From NCBI GenBank assembly GCA_964461965.1, contig CAYWWD010000010.1:18-64017 (forward strand): 64,000 nt of DNA. Direction: 5' to 3'. Below, piece by piece: positions 19,574-28,424 of the stretch. The notes beneath the pieces are model-generated. The model was not told the origin of the DNA. It was given only the letters and a program-made list of their open reading frames with translations, and did no database searches. The DNA is from an uncultured Halioglobus sp. (GTDB lineage Bacteria > Pseudomonadota > Gammaproteobacteria > Pseudomonadales > Halieaceae). Both the position numbers and the translations under genes were made by a program. How positions within the stretch are numbered: position 1 is the first letter of the stretch; each line of letters opens with the position of its first letter.

Positions 19574-21004
19574 TCACCGGGCAGGCGGCCAGTACGCCTC
19601 GTCGCGCGGGCGAAAACACAGGAACAGACAGAACACGAGTGCCGGCACCGGGTAGAGCAATGCCCGATTCAGCGTGACGAAGTTCAGTGCGGCCAGGTAC
19701 TCGCTGGTGAACATGAAGACCAGGATGACAAAGCCCAGCGCCGCCAGCACCGGCAGGAATTCCGGGGCACCCGCTCCTGCGACAATACGGCGATAGGCGA
19801 TATACACCGCGTAGGGCAACACCAGGAACCACAGGAGGTGCCAGTTGATCATTGCGAAGAGCGCCTGCAGGAGAGCAGGCTCCACCGGGTGGTAGGCAAG
19901 TTCAAACACGCCAAAGCGCCCTGCGGTGATGGTGCCGGAATCGACCGCCATACGCCCGATGCCGGGTACTTCCACGTTGAAGCCGACTGTAAACACCAGC
20001 GCGGCGAGCAGTCCCGCGCACACCCACAGGGCCAGTTCGAGTCTCGCCGGCAAATCGATCCAGATACGTATTCCGAACACCACGACGATCAATGCCAGTA
20101 CCACACCCGGGTTCTTCAGTTGATGGCACAACAACGCGAGCAATAACCACAACACCGCATACGCCCAGTGCCGGCATTGTCGCCATTCGTACAGCGCGCA
20201 CACCGCGAGGCCAAACGCCGCCGCCAGCCAGAGATCGGCATAACCCGCCAGCACCGTGTGCACGTTCAGGTAGGGCAGGCTCAACAGGAAATAACAGCCG
20301 ATCACCGCCAGCAGGTACGGCACTCCCGCAAGGCGCAGGTGGCCGTACAGGGCCAGGCCCAGCGCCAGCGGCGCGAACAGCCACGGCAGGTAGAGCGCGC
20401 TGTGATCGGCCGTACCGGCGCCCAGCATGCTCCAGAGCTGGATGAGCGGCAGCGTGATCGGATAGGGCGTGGCCTGCCGGTTGCCCAGGGTATAGGCGTC
20501 ACCGCCCAGCAACCACTGCTCGGGGCCGGCAAAATCCACCAGAGCGCCGTGATGAAACCACACGATGGCCTTGGGCGCCCAGTTCATCCAGGCATCCCAG
20601 GCGAACAACGGCCGCAACAACAGCTCCTGCGCCAGCGTCACGTGGCGCCAGGCGATGAGGGCGATGAGCACCAGCGCCACCGCTAAATGCCAGGGCGGGA
20701 TGTGCTCCACGCCGCGCCCCGGACTCGATTGCGCCACGCGCCCGCCGCGCAGCACCACTGCCATGGCGCCGATGCCCAGAAGCACCGCCGCGATGCCCCA
20801 GAAGTGCAGCGTAAAACCGAGGGCATCCCACAGGCGAATCAACACTGTGACCAGCAGCATGCCGAGAAAATATCCCTGCCCGAGCACGATAGCGACGTTG
20901 CACCGCCCGGTGCGTCGCAACAGCCCGTCTGCCCACACGCTGCCGCATACCCAGGGCAGGAACAGCGCGACCAGCAGGCCGGGCAGCGAGAAGGTCTCCA
21001 TCAC
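19574..21004 (-). CDS. Polytopic membrane protein, GT-C superfamily-like
   Basis: About 12-13 TM helices; first-loop acidic motif FAWDAWMNWAPKA and GYADLW motif. Confidence 0.55.
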   Translation of the reverse strand: MMETFSLPGLLVALFLPWVCGSVWADGLLRRTGRCNVAIVLGQGYFLGMLLVTVLIRLWDALGFTLHFWGIAAVLLGIGAMAVVLRGGRVAQSSPGRGVEHIPPWHLAVALVLIALIAWRHVTLAQELLLRPLFAWDAWMNWAPKAIVWFHHGALVDFAGPEQWLLGGDAYTLGNRQATPYPITLPLIQLWSMLGAGTADHSALYLPWLFAPLALGLALYGHLRLAGVPYLLAVIGCYFLLSLPYLNVHTVLAGYADLWLAAAFGLAVCALYEWRQCRHWAYAVLWLLLALLCHQLKNPGVVLALIVVVFGIRIWIDLPARLELALWVCAGLLAALVFTVGFNVEVPGIGRMAVDSGTITAGRFGVFELAYHPVEPALLQALFAMINWHLLWFLVLPYAVYIAYRRIVAGAGAPEFLPVLAALGFVILVFMFTSEYLAALNFVTLNRALLYPVPALVFCLFLCFRPRDEAYWPPAR

Positions 21005-22185
21005 TGTGCATCTCCCGCGTTGCCGGGCCGGGGCGTCACCCGATACAGCCGGCCCATAAAATCATCGTCCAGCAGTTCGACACCGAGCGCGCGCTTTCCA
21101 TGTTTCCACCGCAGCGCGTGCGCGTCGGCATCGAAGCTTACGCGCGGGGTCTCACCGAGCAGCAGCACATAGTCGAACGTCTCCAGACCATACGCTGGCG
21201 GAATCCTGCCGAAGTTGTACACATTGTGCGGCAGGAGATAGTACTGCGCTTTGAGCCGGGCAAAATTGTGCGAACTCGAGTCGTGCAGGAGCAGGATGCG
21301 CGCCGGTTTTTCCGGCAGCACATCCTGTTTCAGCCGCATGATGTAGCGGTAGATGTGGCGGTCCACATCCGCCAGGTGCTTTTCCGCTACGGTCTTGCCC
21401 GCAAACTGTTCCCGTGTCTGCACGAGCTGCGCTGCGAGTTCGCGCTGCCACAACAGGTCGAGGGCCAGCCACGGCAGCAGCACCGCAGCGGCAAACGCCG
21501 CAGCCGGGGCAGGCGCGCCGACCCAGCCGCTCACCAGCAGCAGGAGCACCGCCAGCGCGGACCAGGCGGCGGCCACCAGCACCGGCGACAGCACCGTGGT
21601 GTCCACCGTGCCGTAAATCTGGTTGATGGTGCGCGACGTCCAGCCGCGAAAGGTCGCAAGCTCTGCCCAGTAGCTGGCGAGTTCGCCGCGCCAGCCCGCC
21701 GGCTCCAGCGTGAGTTGCCGAATCACCAGCGTGTCCCCGGCATCGCTGGTATACGCATAGACGCCCAGTTCCACCACGGTACCGCGCCACTTTTCGTTCC
21801 GGGACAGGTCCAGCCACACGGGCTCATCCAGCCCACGCGGGAGTTCGATACTCTTGAGAGCGGCAGGCTCATCCGCCGTGCGCCAGATCAGATTCAGTGT
21901 CGGGCCTGGAAATTCCACGTCCACCTGGTAACGCAGGAGCGGGTAGTCCTGTGCACGCACACTGCCGCGCCAGGCGGCCACTGCCACCTGTTCACCATCG
22001 CGCGACTCGTACCCGGTCACGGCAAGCGCATCGCCCGCCACCTCCGCCGTTCCCACCATCGCGTTCAGGTCTTTTCCGGGAATTTGCAACGGCACGGCAG
22101 GCGTGGAACTGTCGCGCGACACGAAGAGTGCAAACACGGCGAGCAGGATCAGCGCACTGGCGAGAAGCGCCAGTGCGCTTCGCAT
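21001..22185 (-). CDS. Membrane-anchored hypothetical protein; coupled partner of the GT-C-like gene
   Basis: N-terminal TM, beta-rich extracytoplasmic domain, 2 TM, C-terminal domain with RLKAQYYLLP; 4-bp overlap with the downstream gene. Confidence 0.6.
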   Translation of the reverse strand: MRSALALLASALILLAVFALFVSRDSSTPAVPLQIPGKDLNAMVGTAEVAGDALAVTGYESRDGEQVAVAAWRGSVRAQDYPLLRYQVDVEFPGPTLNLIWRTADEPAALKSIELPRGLDEPVWLDLSRNEKWRGTVVELGVYAYTSDAGDTLVIRQLTLEPAGWRGELASYWAELATFRGWTSRTINQIYGTVDTTVLSPVLVAAAWSALAVLLLLVSGWVGAPAPAAAFAAAVLLPWLALDLLWQRELAAQLVQTREQFAGKTVAEKHLADVDRHIYRYIMRLKQDVLPEKPARILLLHDSSSHNFARLKAQYYLLPHNVYNFGRIPPAYGLETFDYVLLLGETPRVSFDADAHALRWKHGKRALGVELLDDDFMGRLYRVTPRPGNAGDAQ

Positions 22186-22333
22186 GAAAACTTCCAGCAG
22201 CTTGGTCCCGGTCCGGTACATGCAGGCGCAACGCGTCAGTCAGTAGCAGGCGCTACTATCACATATGTTGACCGCGACATACAGGGTCGTGCCACAATGC
22301 CGCCTCTTATCAATTCAGGAGCAACTGCGCGCA

Positions 22334-22765
22334 ATGGACAACCCGAACAAGGCCGTGGTGGAAAAAATGTGGCGGGCGCTCAGCGCGATGGACTGGGAGG
22401 GCATGAAACAGTGCATGCACCCCGACATCCATTATCGCGACGTACCCAGCGATGACCCCGGCGCCCACGGGCCGGACAACTGCGTAAAGCGTCTGCAGAT
22501 TGCCTTCCGGCACCTCACGAAACAGGAGCAGGTGACGCACCACATCGCCGCCGACGGCGATGTGGTGTTCCTCGACCACACAGAGACCTGGACCTTCACC
22601 ACGGGCGAGACTGCCGCGCACACCTTCGCCAGCATGCATGAAATTCGCGACGGCCTGGTCTACCGCTGGAGCGACTACTGGGACATGCAGAAGTTCGCAG
22701 GGCAGTTTCCGGCCTGGTTCCTGGAGGAGATGATGAAGTCGACTGCGGCTGACTTCTCCGACTGA
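22334..22765 (+). CDS. NTF2-like / limonene-1,2-epoxide hydrolase family protein
   Basis: IHYRDVP, VVFLDHTETW and HEIRDGLVYRWSDYWD motifs. Confidence 0.8.
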   Translation: MDNPNKAVVEKMWRALSAMDWEGMKQCMHPDIHYRDVPSDDPGAHGPDNCVKRLQIAFRHLTKQEQVTHHIAADGDVVFLDHTETWTFTTGETAAHTFASMHEIRDGLVYRWSDYWDMQKFAGQFPAWFLEEMMKSTAADFSD

Positions 22766-22777
22766 GGTGTCGCTTTG

Positions 22778-23857
22778 ATGAGTGTACGCACCGACAAGCT
22801 GCCCGTCTGGACCGTGGCGGTGCCCATCGTGGCGCTGGGCACCGACCTGGCGCTGCACGGCCAGGCTAGCCTGCTCGCCGCCGCGGCACTGGTGCTGGCG
22901 CTGCTCGCCGCCGTACTCGCCGCTGTACACCACGCCGAAGTCGTGGCGCTGCGCGTCGGCGAACCGTTCGGGACGATCGTGCTGGCGCTCGCCGTCACTG
23001 TGATCGAGCTCGGCCTGATCGTCTCCATCATGCTCGGCGACACGCCCGAACCTACACTGCTGCGCGACACCATACACGCCGTCGTCGTGCTGGTGCTGCA
23101 CGGCATTGCCGGCCTGTGCATCGTGGTCGGTGCGCTGCGTCACCGCGAGCAGGAGTTTCGCACCCAGGGCGCGCACGCGTATCTGGCCGTGCTGCTGCCG
23201 ATGGTGGCGATCACGCTGGTGCTGCCAAATTTCACTGACACCGCGCCGGGGCCCTATTACAGCCACGCGCAGCTGGCCTTCGTCAGCGCAGCCTGCCTGC
23301 TGCTGTGGCTGGCCTGCACATTTGTGCAGACGGTGCGCCACCGCGACCACTTCCTGCCACAACAGCTGGAGACGGCAGCGCCCGTCATCCGCCCCGGCGG
23401 GCGCCTGGTCGCTATCGCATCGGTGCTGCTGGTCGTCGCACTGGTGGCCGTGGTGCTGCTGGCCAAGGCGGTATCGCCGTTCATCCAGTTGATGGTTGTG
23501 AATCTGGGCGCTCCGCCCGCACTGGTGGGCGTGATCGTCGCCGCCATCGTGCTGCTGCCCGAGTGCGTGACCGCGTTGCGGGCGGCGCTCGACAACCAAT
23601 TGCAGACCTCGATCAACCTCGCGCTGGGTTCGGGCGTGGCCAGCATCGGCCTGACGGTGCCGACGGTGTCGCTGGTTGCGTGGTGGACTGGCAGCCCGCT
23701 GGCGCTCGGCGTCACCTCCGGGGGCGCCGTGCTGCTGACCCTGTCGTTCATGATGGCGCTGATCACCTACGGTACCGGCCGCGCCAGCCTGCTCTCGGGC
23801 GTGGTGCACCTGATCCTGCTCGCCACCTGGCTGTTCCTGGTCGTCATCCCCTCATAG
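22778..23857 (+). CDS. chaA: Ca2+/H+ antiporter (ChaA/CaCA family)
   Basis: HHAEVVALRVGEPFGTIVLALAVTVIE, VLLPEC and SINLALGSGVASIGLTVP alpha repeats. Confidence 0.88.
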   Translation: MSVRTDKLPVWTVAVPIVALGTDLALHGQASLLAAAALVLALLAAVLAAVHHAEVVALRVGEPFGTIVLALAVTVIELGLIVSIMLGDTPEPTLLRDTIHAVVVLVLHGIAGLCIVVGALRHREQEFRTQGAHAYLAVLLPMVAITLVLPNFTDTAPGPYYSHAQLAFVSAACLLLWLACTFVQTVRHRDHFLPQQLETAAPVIRPGGRLVAIASVLLVVALVAVVLLAKAVSPFIQLMVVNLGAPPALVGVIVAAIVLLPECVTALRAALDNQLQTSINLALGSGVASIGLTVPTVSLVAWWTGSPLALGVTSGGAVLLTLSFMMALITYGTGRASLLSGVVHLILLATWLFLVVIPS

Positions 23858-23887
23858 CTGAACCGCGGATACGCCGCCGCTCGCGGA

Positions 23888-25945
23888 CTAGCGTTCTGGT
23901 GACGTGGTCCAGGCCCAGTCATGCACCTCGCGCAGCGACTCGCCCCGCGACAACAGCTCGCGCTGCTCAGCGGTGCTGAGCGCCTCCAGCCCCTCCTCCA
24001 TGGTTTTGTACATCAGACCCTGCGCGTAGTGCCGCTGGCGCCGGCTCTGCACCTCGTCGGGCGGCAGCAGCGCCTGGTGCAGTGCCTGCATGTGCGGGTC
24101 GCGCACCGCATCGCGCAGCGCCGGCGGCCAGGCGGTTTTTGCCGCCAGCGCCGCATCGAATTCCACCAGCACATCGGGGCGCTTGCGCTCCTCGGGGGTG
24201 ACAAACAATCCCAGCCGGCGCGCGATCTGCCCCAACCGGACGCTGCTCGACACCATCGAGAGAGGAATAGAAAGCAGCACGCCACCGAGCACCGGCACGA
24301 ACCACCAGAAATAATCGGGGAGGTACATCCACGACACCACACCGGCGGCGGCGCCCAGCAGCGTCTGCACACCGTGCATCGCCACCGCATCGCGCAATGT
24401 CGTGCTGTGGTCCGCACGCTGCTGCGCAGGCCAGCCGATGGTGCGACGCAGCAGGATCGCCCACACGAACTTGGTCTGGAACAGCATCAGGATCGGGGCG
24501 ACCAGGATCGAGAACACACTTTCCAACAGCGCACTGGCGGTGGCGCGCAGGATGCCGCCAAACGCGCGCCGCTGCGAGCGGCTGATAGCGATCAGGATCA
24601 GCGCCATCAGTTTCGGCAGCAGCAGCATGGCCAGCGTGAAGATCAGCACGACCTTCATCTCGACCGTGAACGACACCGGCCACACCGGGCCGAGCTGGTT
24701 GCCGAAAAAGTAGTCGGGGATGTCCTGGCTCTGTATGTAGGCCTCGACACTGGTCACGACCAGGAACAACAGCCAGAGCGGCGACGACAGGTAGGACATC
24801 ACGCCCATGGCGAGGTGAATGCGGTTGATATGGTTCCAGCCCCTGGCGCCGATCAGCCTGAAATGCTGCAGGTTGCCCTGGCACCAGCGCCGGTCGCGCT
24901 TGGCGAAGTCGATCAGGGTCGGCGGTAGCTCTTCGTAACTCCCCGCCAGTTCATACGCCAGCCAGGCGCGCCACCCGGCGCGGCGCAGGAGTGCGACTTC
25001 GACGAAGTCGTGGCTCAGGATTTCGCCGCCGAAGGGTTCTCGCCCGGGCAGTTCCGGCAGGCCGCAATGCGCGGCGAAAGGCGCCACGCGAATAATGGCG
25101 TTGTGGCCCCAGAAGTTGCTGTCGCCCATCTGCCAGAAGCTGGCGCCGGCGGTAAACAGCGGGCCGTAGGCCGTACTCGCAAACTGCAGGATGCGGGCGA
25201 ACAGGGTCTCGCGGTTGACCGGCAGCGGCGGCGCCTGGATCAACGCGGTATCCGGGTTGGCCTCCATCAGGCGCACCATCTTGACCAGCGTGTCGCCAGC
25301 CATGACGCTGTCCGCATCCAGCACAACCATGTAGCGGTAGTCAGCGCCCCAGCGCTGCACGAAGTCGGCGATATTGCCGCTCTTGCGCGCGTGATTGTCG
25401 CGGCGGTTGCGGTAGAAGATGCGACCGTGGGCGCCGGCTTCGGTGCACAGGCGGTACCATTGCGCCTCCTCGCGCATCCAGGTATCCACATCGCGGGTAT
25501 CACTCAGGATGAAGAAATCGAAGTGGTCCGCGTGCGCAGTCTTCTCCAGAGAGCGCGCAATGGCGCGGATCGCCGCGAACACGCGATCGGGATCTTCGCT
25601 GTAGATCGGCATCAGGATGGCGGTCCGTCCATCGGCTGGCAGCGGACCGGACTGCTCCGCCACCGCCACGCGGCGCCGGGCGAAGTAATCAAAGCGCGTG
25701 AACAGCACCAGAAAACCGAGCGTCGCCGACCAGAACGACACTGCAATCCACAGGATGAGGATGGCATACAGGATCAGCAGCAACAGTTTCAGCAACGTCA
25801 GCCCGCCACTGGTGTACGACGCGCGCAGCAATACCATCGCACCCACGCTGGTCAGCAGTACCAGCAACAGGTAGGTGGTGCGACGCCAGGCGTAGACACC
25901 ACCGTCCAGCGTACGGCGCCAACCGTGGGTGGCGCCGTTATTCAT
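23888..25945 (-). CDS. opgH: Glucans biosynthesis glucosyltransferase H
   Basis: TAILMPIYSED, RKSGNIADF, VLDADSVM, WGHNAIIR, LSHDFVE, RDRRWCQGNLQH. Confidence 0.95.
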   Translation of the reverse strand: MNNGATHGWRRTLDGGVYAWRRTTYLLLVLLTSVGAMVLLRASYTSGGLTLLKLLLLILYAILILWIAVSFWSATLGFLVLFTRFDYFARRRVAVAEQSGPLPADGRTAILMPIYSEDPDRVFAAIRAIARSLEKTAHADHFDFFILSDTRDVDTWMREEAQWYRLCTEAGAHGRIFYRNRRDNHARKSGNIADFVQRWGADYRYMVVLDADSVMAGDTLVKMVRLMEANPDTALIQAPPLPVNRETLFARILQFASTAYGPLFTAGASFWQMGDSNFWGHNAIIRVAPFAAHCGLPELPGREPFGGEILSHDFVEVALLRRAGWRAWLAYELAGSYEELPPTLIDFAKRDRRWCQGNLQHFRLIGARGWNHINRIHLAMGVMSYLSSPLWLLFLVVTSVEAYIQSQDIPDYFFGNQLGPVWPVSFTVEMKVVLIFTLAMLLLPKLMALILIAISRSQRRAFGGILRATASALLESVFSILVAPILMLFQTKFVWAILLRRTIGWPAQQRADHSTTLRDAVAMHGVQTLLGAAAGVVSWMYLPDYFWWFVPVLGGVLLSIPLSMVSSSVRLGQIARRLGLFVTPEERKRPDVLVEFDAALAAKTAWPPALRDAVRDPHMQALHQALLPPDEVQSRRQRHYAQGLMYKTMEEGLEALSTAEQRELLSRGESLREVHDWAWTTSPER

Positions 25946-26451
25946 TCCGCCCCCCGCAGGCGGCGCAGCAGTGCGCGCACGGAACGCAACTCGATTGTCT
26001 GCACCGGCATGGCCAGCGGCGCCGGCGGTGGCAGCGGCCGGGGGCGATCGCGCGTGATGGCGTCGAGCAGCTGCGAGCGCGTGGCCGGATCGACCGCACT
26101 GCCGTGTTCTGCAAAAACCTTTTCCGCAAGCCCTTCATGGCGCGGGTCGCCAAGCATTGCCAGTATGCCGGCGATCTCGCGGCGGTCGCGCTCCGGATGC
26201 AGATCCGTGAAGCGCGCCAGCCGCGCGTCGATGGTCTCGCGCAGGCGCTCGATCGCCTGCTCCCTGACATCGTCAGCGGCAAACTCTTCCAGGTGCATCT
26301 GCATGCCCAGCAAGACATGCGCCACCCAGCCCGCCCGGGCCTCGGGGGATGCAACTCCCACCTGCCGCAGGTAGGCGTGGAGCACCGGCAGCAGCTCACG
26401 CTGCCAGTTCACGCCCGCATCGGGCGCGCTCAGTGCTTCTCTTTCGCCCAT
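25942..26451 (-). CDS. Hypothetical protein between opgG and opgH
   Basis: 169-aa ORF overlapping both neighbours (22 bp with opgG, 4 bp with opgH); helical with a Pro-rich C-terminus. Confidence 0.6.
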   Translation of the reverse strand: MGEREALSAPDAGVNWQRELLPVLHAYLRQVGVASPEARAGWVAHVLLGMQMHLEEFAADDVREQAIERLRETIDARLARFTDLHPERDRREIAGILAMLGDPRHEGLAEKVFAEHGSAVDPATRSQLLDAITRDRPRPLPPPAPLAMPVQTIELRSVRALLRRLRGAE

Positions 26452-28259
26452 TGGTAGGTCCAGGTTTCGCTCACGGGTGTGTCGCCCGAGCGCAGCACGC
26501 AGCGCAGTTCAGCGAGCGTCTCCTCGCCAGGAGTGAATTCGAAGAACACCCGGAAGCCATCGGTAAAGGAATTCTGCTCCAGGACGGCCGGGCCCAATTT
26601 CCCCACGGAAGATGAAACATCCACAGTCAACTGGCTGGTATCCGTCAACTGCTTGAGTTCACCACCGGCAAAGTCGATCACGAAGAGGCGCTGGCCGGCG
26701 GCGCGTTTCTTTCCAGGGCCGATGCCGGTATACACCACGCGCCCGAGCAGGGAGTCCAGCGTCGGTTCGTCCTCGAAGGAGAGTGTGTACTCGAAGGTGT
26801 GCGTCGACCCGCCCTTGATCGGCTTTGCCGGCACCCAGAACGCGACGATATTGTCATCGACCTCACCGTCGGTCGGGATTTCCACCAGTTCCACGGAGCC
26901 CGCACCCCACTGTCCCGCTGGCGCCACCCAGGCGCTGGGGCGGCGCTGGTGCTTGGCCTCCAGGTCGAGGTAACGCCCGAAGCTACGCTCGCGTTGCACC
27001 AGGCCGAAGCCGAGCGGATTTTCGATACGGAAGTTGCTGAATGCGAGGCGCTGTGGATTGTTGAGCGGACGCCAGATCTGCTCGCCGTTGCCGGCGGCAA
27101 TCAGCAGACCGTCGGAATCGTGGACTTCCGGGCGAAAGTCGTCCACGTAGTGCTGCGTGGTCTTGCCGTGGTAGAACATCGAGGTGAGCGGCGCAATCCC
27201 GAGCTTGGCGATGTCATAGCGAATGTTGAGCCTGGCCGTCACCGCGATCGCGGTGGACGCCCCGGGGCGGATCACAAATCGATAGGCGCCGGTGACACTC
27301 TGCGAATCGAGCAGTGCGTAGATCGTGATCTCTTTCGCGTTGGCGGCGGGCTTCTCCAGCCAGAATTCGCGGAACACCGGGAATTCCTCGCCCTTGGGCA
27401 GGCCGGTGTCCACGGCAAGCCCCCGGGCGGACAGGCCGTAAATCCCCCCGCGCGCCACGGCGCGGAAATAACTGGCGCCGAGGAAGGCGATCACCTCATC
27501 GTAATAGTAGTGCACATTCAACGGGTAGTGCAGACGGAAGCCCGCGAAACCGACATTCTTCGGCACGTCCATCGGGACCGGCAGCCGACCGAAATCGAAC
27601 ATGCCCGGATCGAACTCCACCAGCGTCGGCACGCCCTGTTCGACGATGTGAATCTGCACCCGGTCACGGAAGATCGAGCCGCGCGAGAAAAACTGCGCCT
27701 GAAAGGGCAGGCGCTCGGCTGTCCACAGGCTGTGCTCGGGGCGAAAGCGCACATCGCGATACTGGTCGTAATCGAGATCCGACAGGAACGGCGGCAGTGG
27801 GTTGTCATACCCGGTGAACGGTTTCCTGGACAGCTTCTCGGCCTTGGCCTGCACCTGCTCGAAGATCGGCACCAGCGGCTCGGGTGTTGCGGGCGGCGCC
27901 GGATTCGCAGCCGGGACTGCCGGTGTCTCCGCTTGCGAAGGCGGCGCGGTCTTCCCGCCAGCCTCGGGCGAGGCGGGCTTGGTCGCCGCTGTGTCGGCAG
28001 GTTTCTGCTCGCCTGCGGCGGCCTTGATGGTGGGTTTCACCGCAGACTTGTTGCCGGACTTGTCGGTTGCACTCGACGCTCCCGTGGCGGCGGACTTGCC
28101 GGTGGAACTCGGTGTGGTCTTGGCGGCGGCTTTACCAGCGGGGGCCGGCGCGGGCTTATCCGCCGCGCTGCCTGCCACCGCGAACAGACCCAGTACCACC
28201 GCCGACAGCACGAATTGCCAGCGGGCGCGGCGCGATCGGCCCGGTAATGCCTGTGTCAT
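26430..28259 (-). CDS. opgG: Glucan biosynthesis protein G/D (OpgG family) with an N-terminal low-complexity extension
   Basis: LDYDQYRDVRF, FLGASYFRAV, YGLSARGLAVDT, EEFPVFREFW, FRPEVHDSDGL, SETWTYQW. Confidence 0.93.
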   Translation of the reverse strand: MTQALPGRSRRARWQFVLSAVVLGLFAVAGSAADKPAPAPAGKAAAKTTPSSTGKSAATGASSATDKSGNKSAVKPTIKAAAGEQKPADTAATKPASPEAGGKTAPPSQAETPAVPAANPAPPATPEPLVPIFEQVQAKAEKLSRKPFTGYDNPLPPFLSDLDYDQYRDVRFRPEHSLWTAERLPFQAQFFSRGSIFRDRVQIHIVEQGVPTLVEFDPGMFDFGRLPVPMDVPKNVGFAGFRLHYPLNVHYYYDEVIAFLGASYFRAVARGGIYGLSARGLAVDTGLPKGEEFPVFREFWLEKPAANAKEITIYALLDSQSVTGAYRFVIRPGASTAIAVTARLNIRYDIAKLGIAPLTSMFYHGKTTQHYVDDFRPEVHDSDGLLIAAGNGEQIWRPLNNPQRLAFSNFRIENPLGFGLVQRERSFGRYLDLEAKHQRRPSAWVAPAGQWGAGSVELVEIPTDGEVDDNIVAFWVPAKPIKGGSTHTFEYTLSFEDEPTLDSLLGRVVYTGIGPGKKRAAGQRLFVIDFAGGELKQLTDTSQLTVDVSSSVGKLGPAVLEQNSFTDGFRVFFEFTPGEETLAELRCVLRSGDTPVSETWTYQWAKEKH

Positions 28260-28424
28260 GGTGTACTCGTGTCCAGCCTGCGGTCGGGCCGTCATCATAG
28301 TCGCTGCCCCTGCCGGTGAAAAGCAGCGTCACGGGTAGTTTTACGGCAAGCGCGGCGACGGTGTTTATTGCCGTCGCCGCGCGTTATGCTACATCGCGCC
28401 ATAAAACAATAAGAAGGATGCAGG

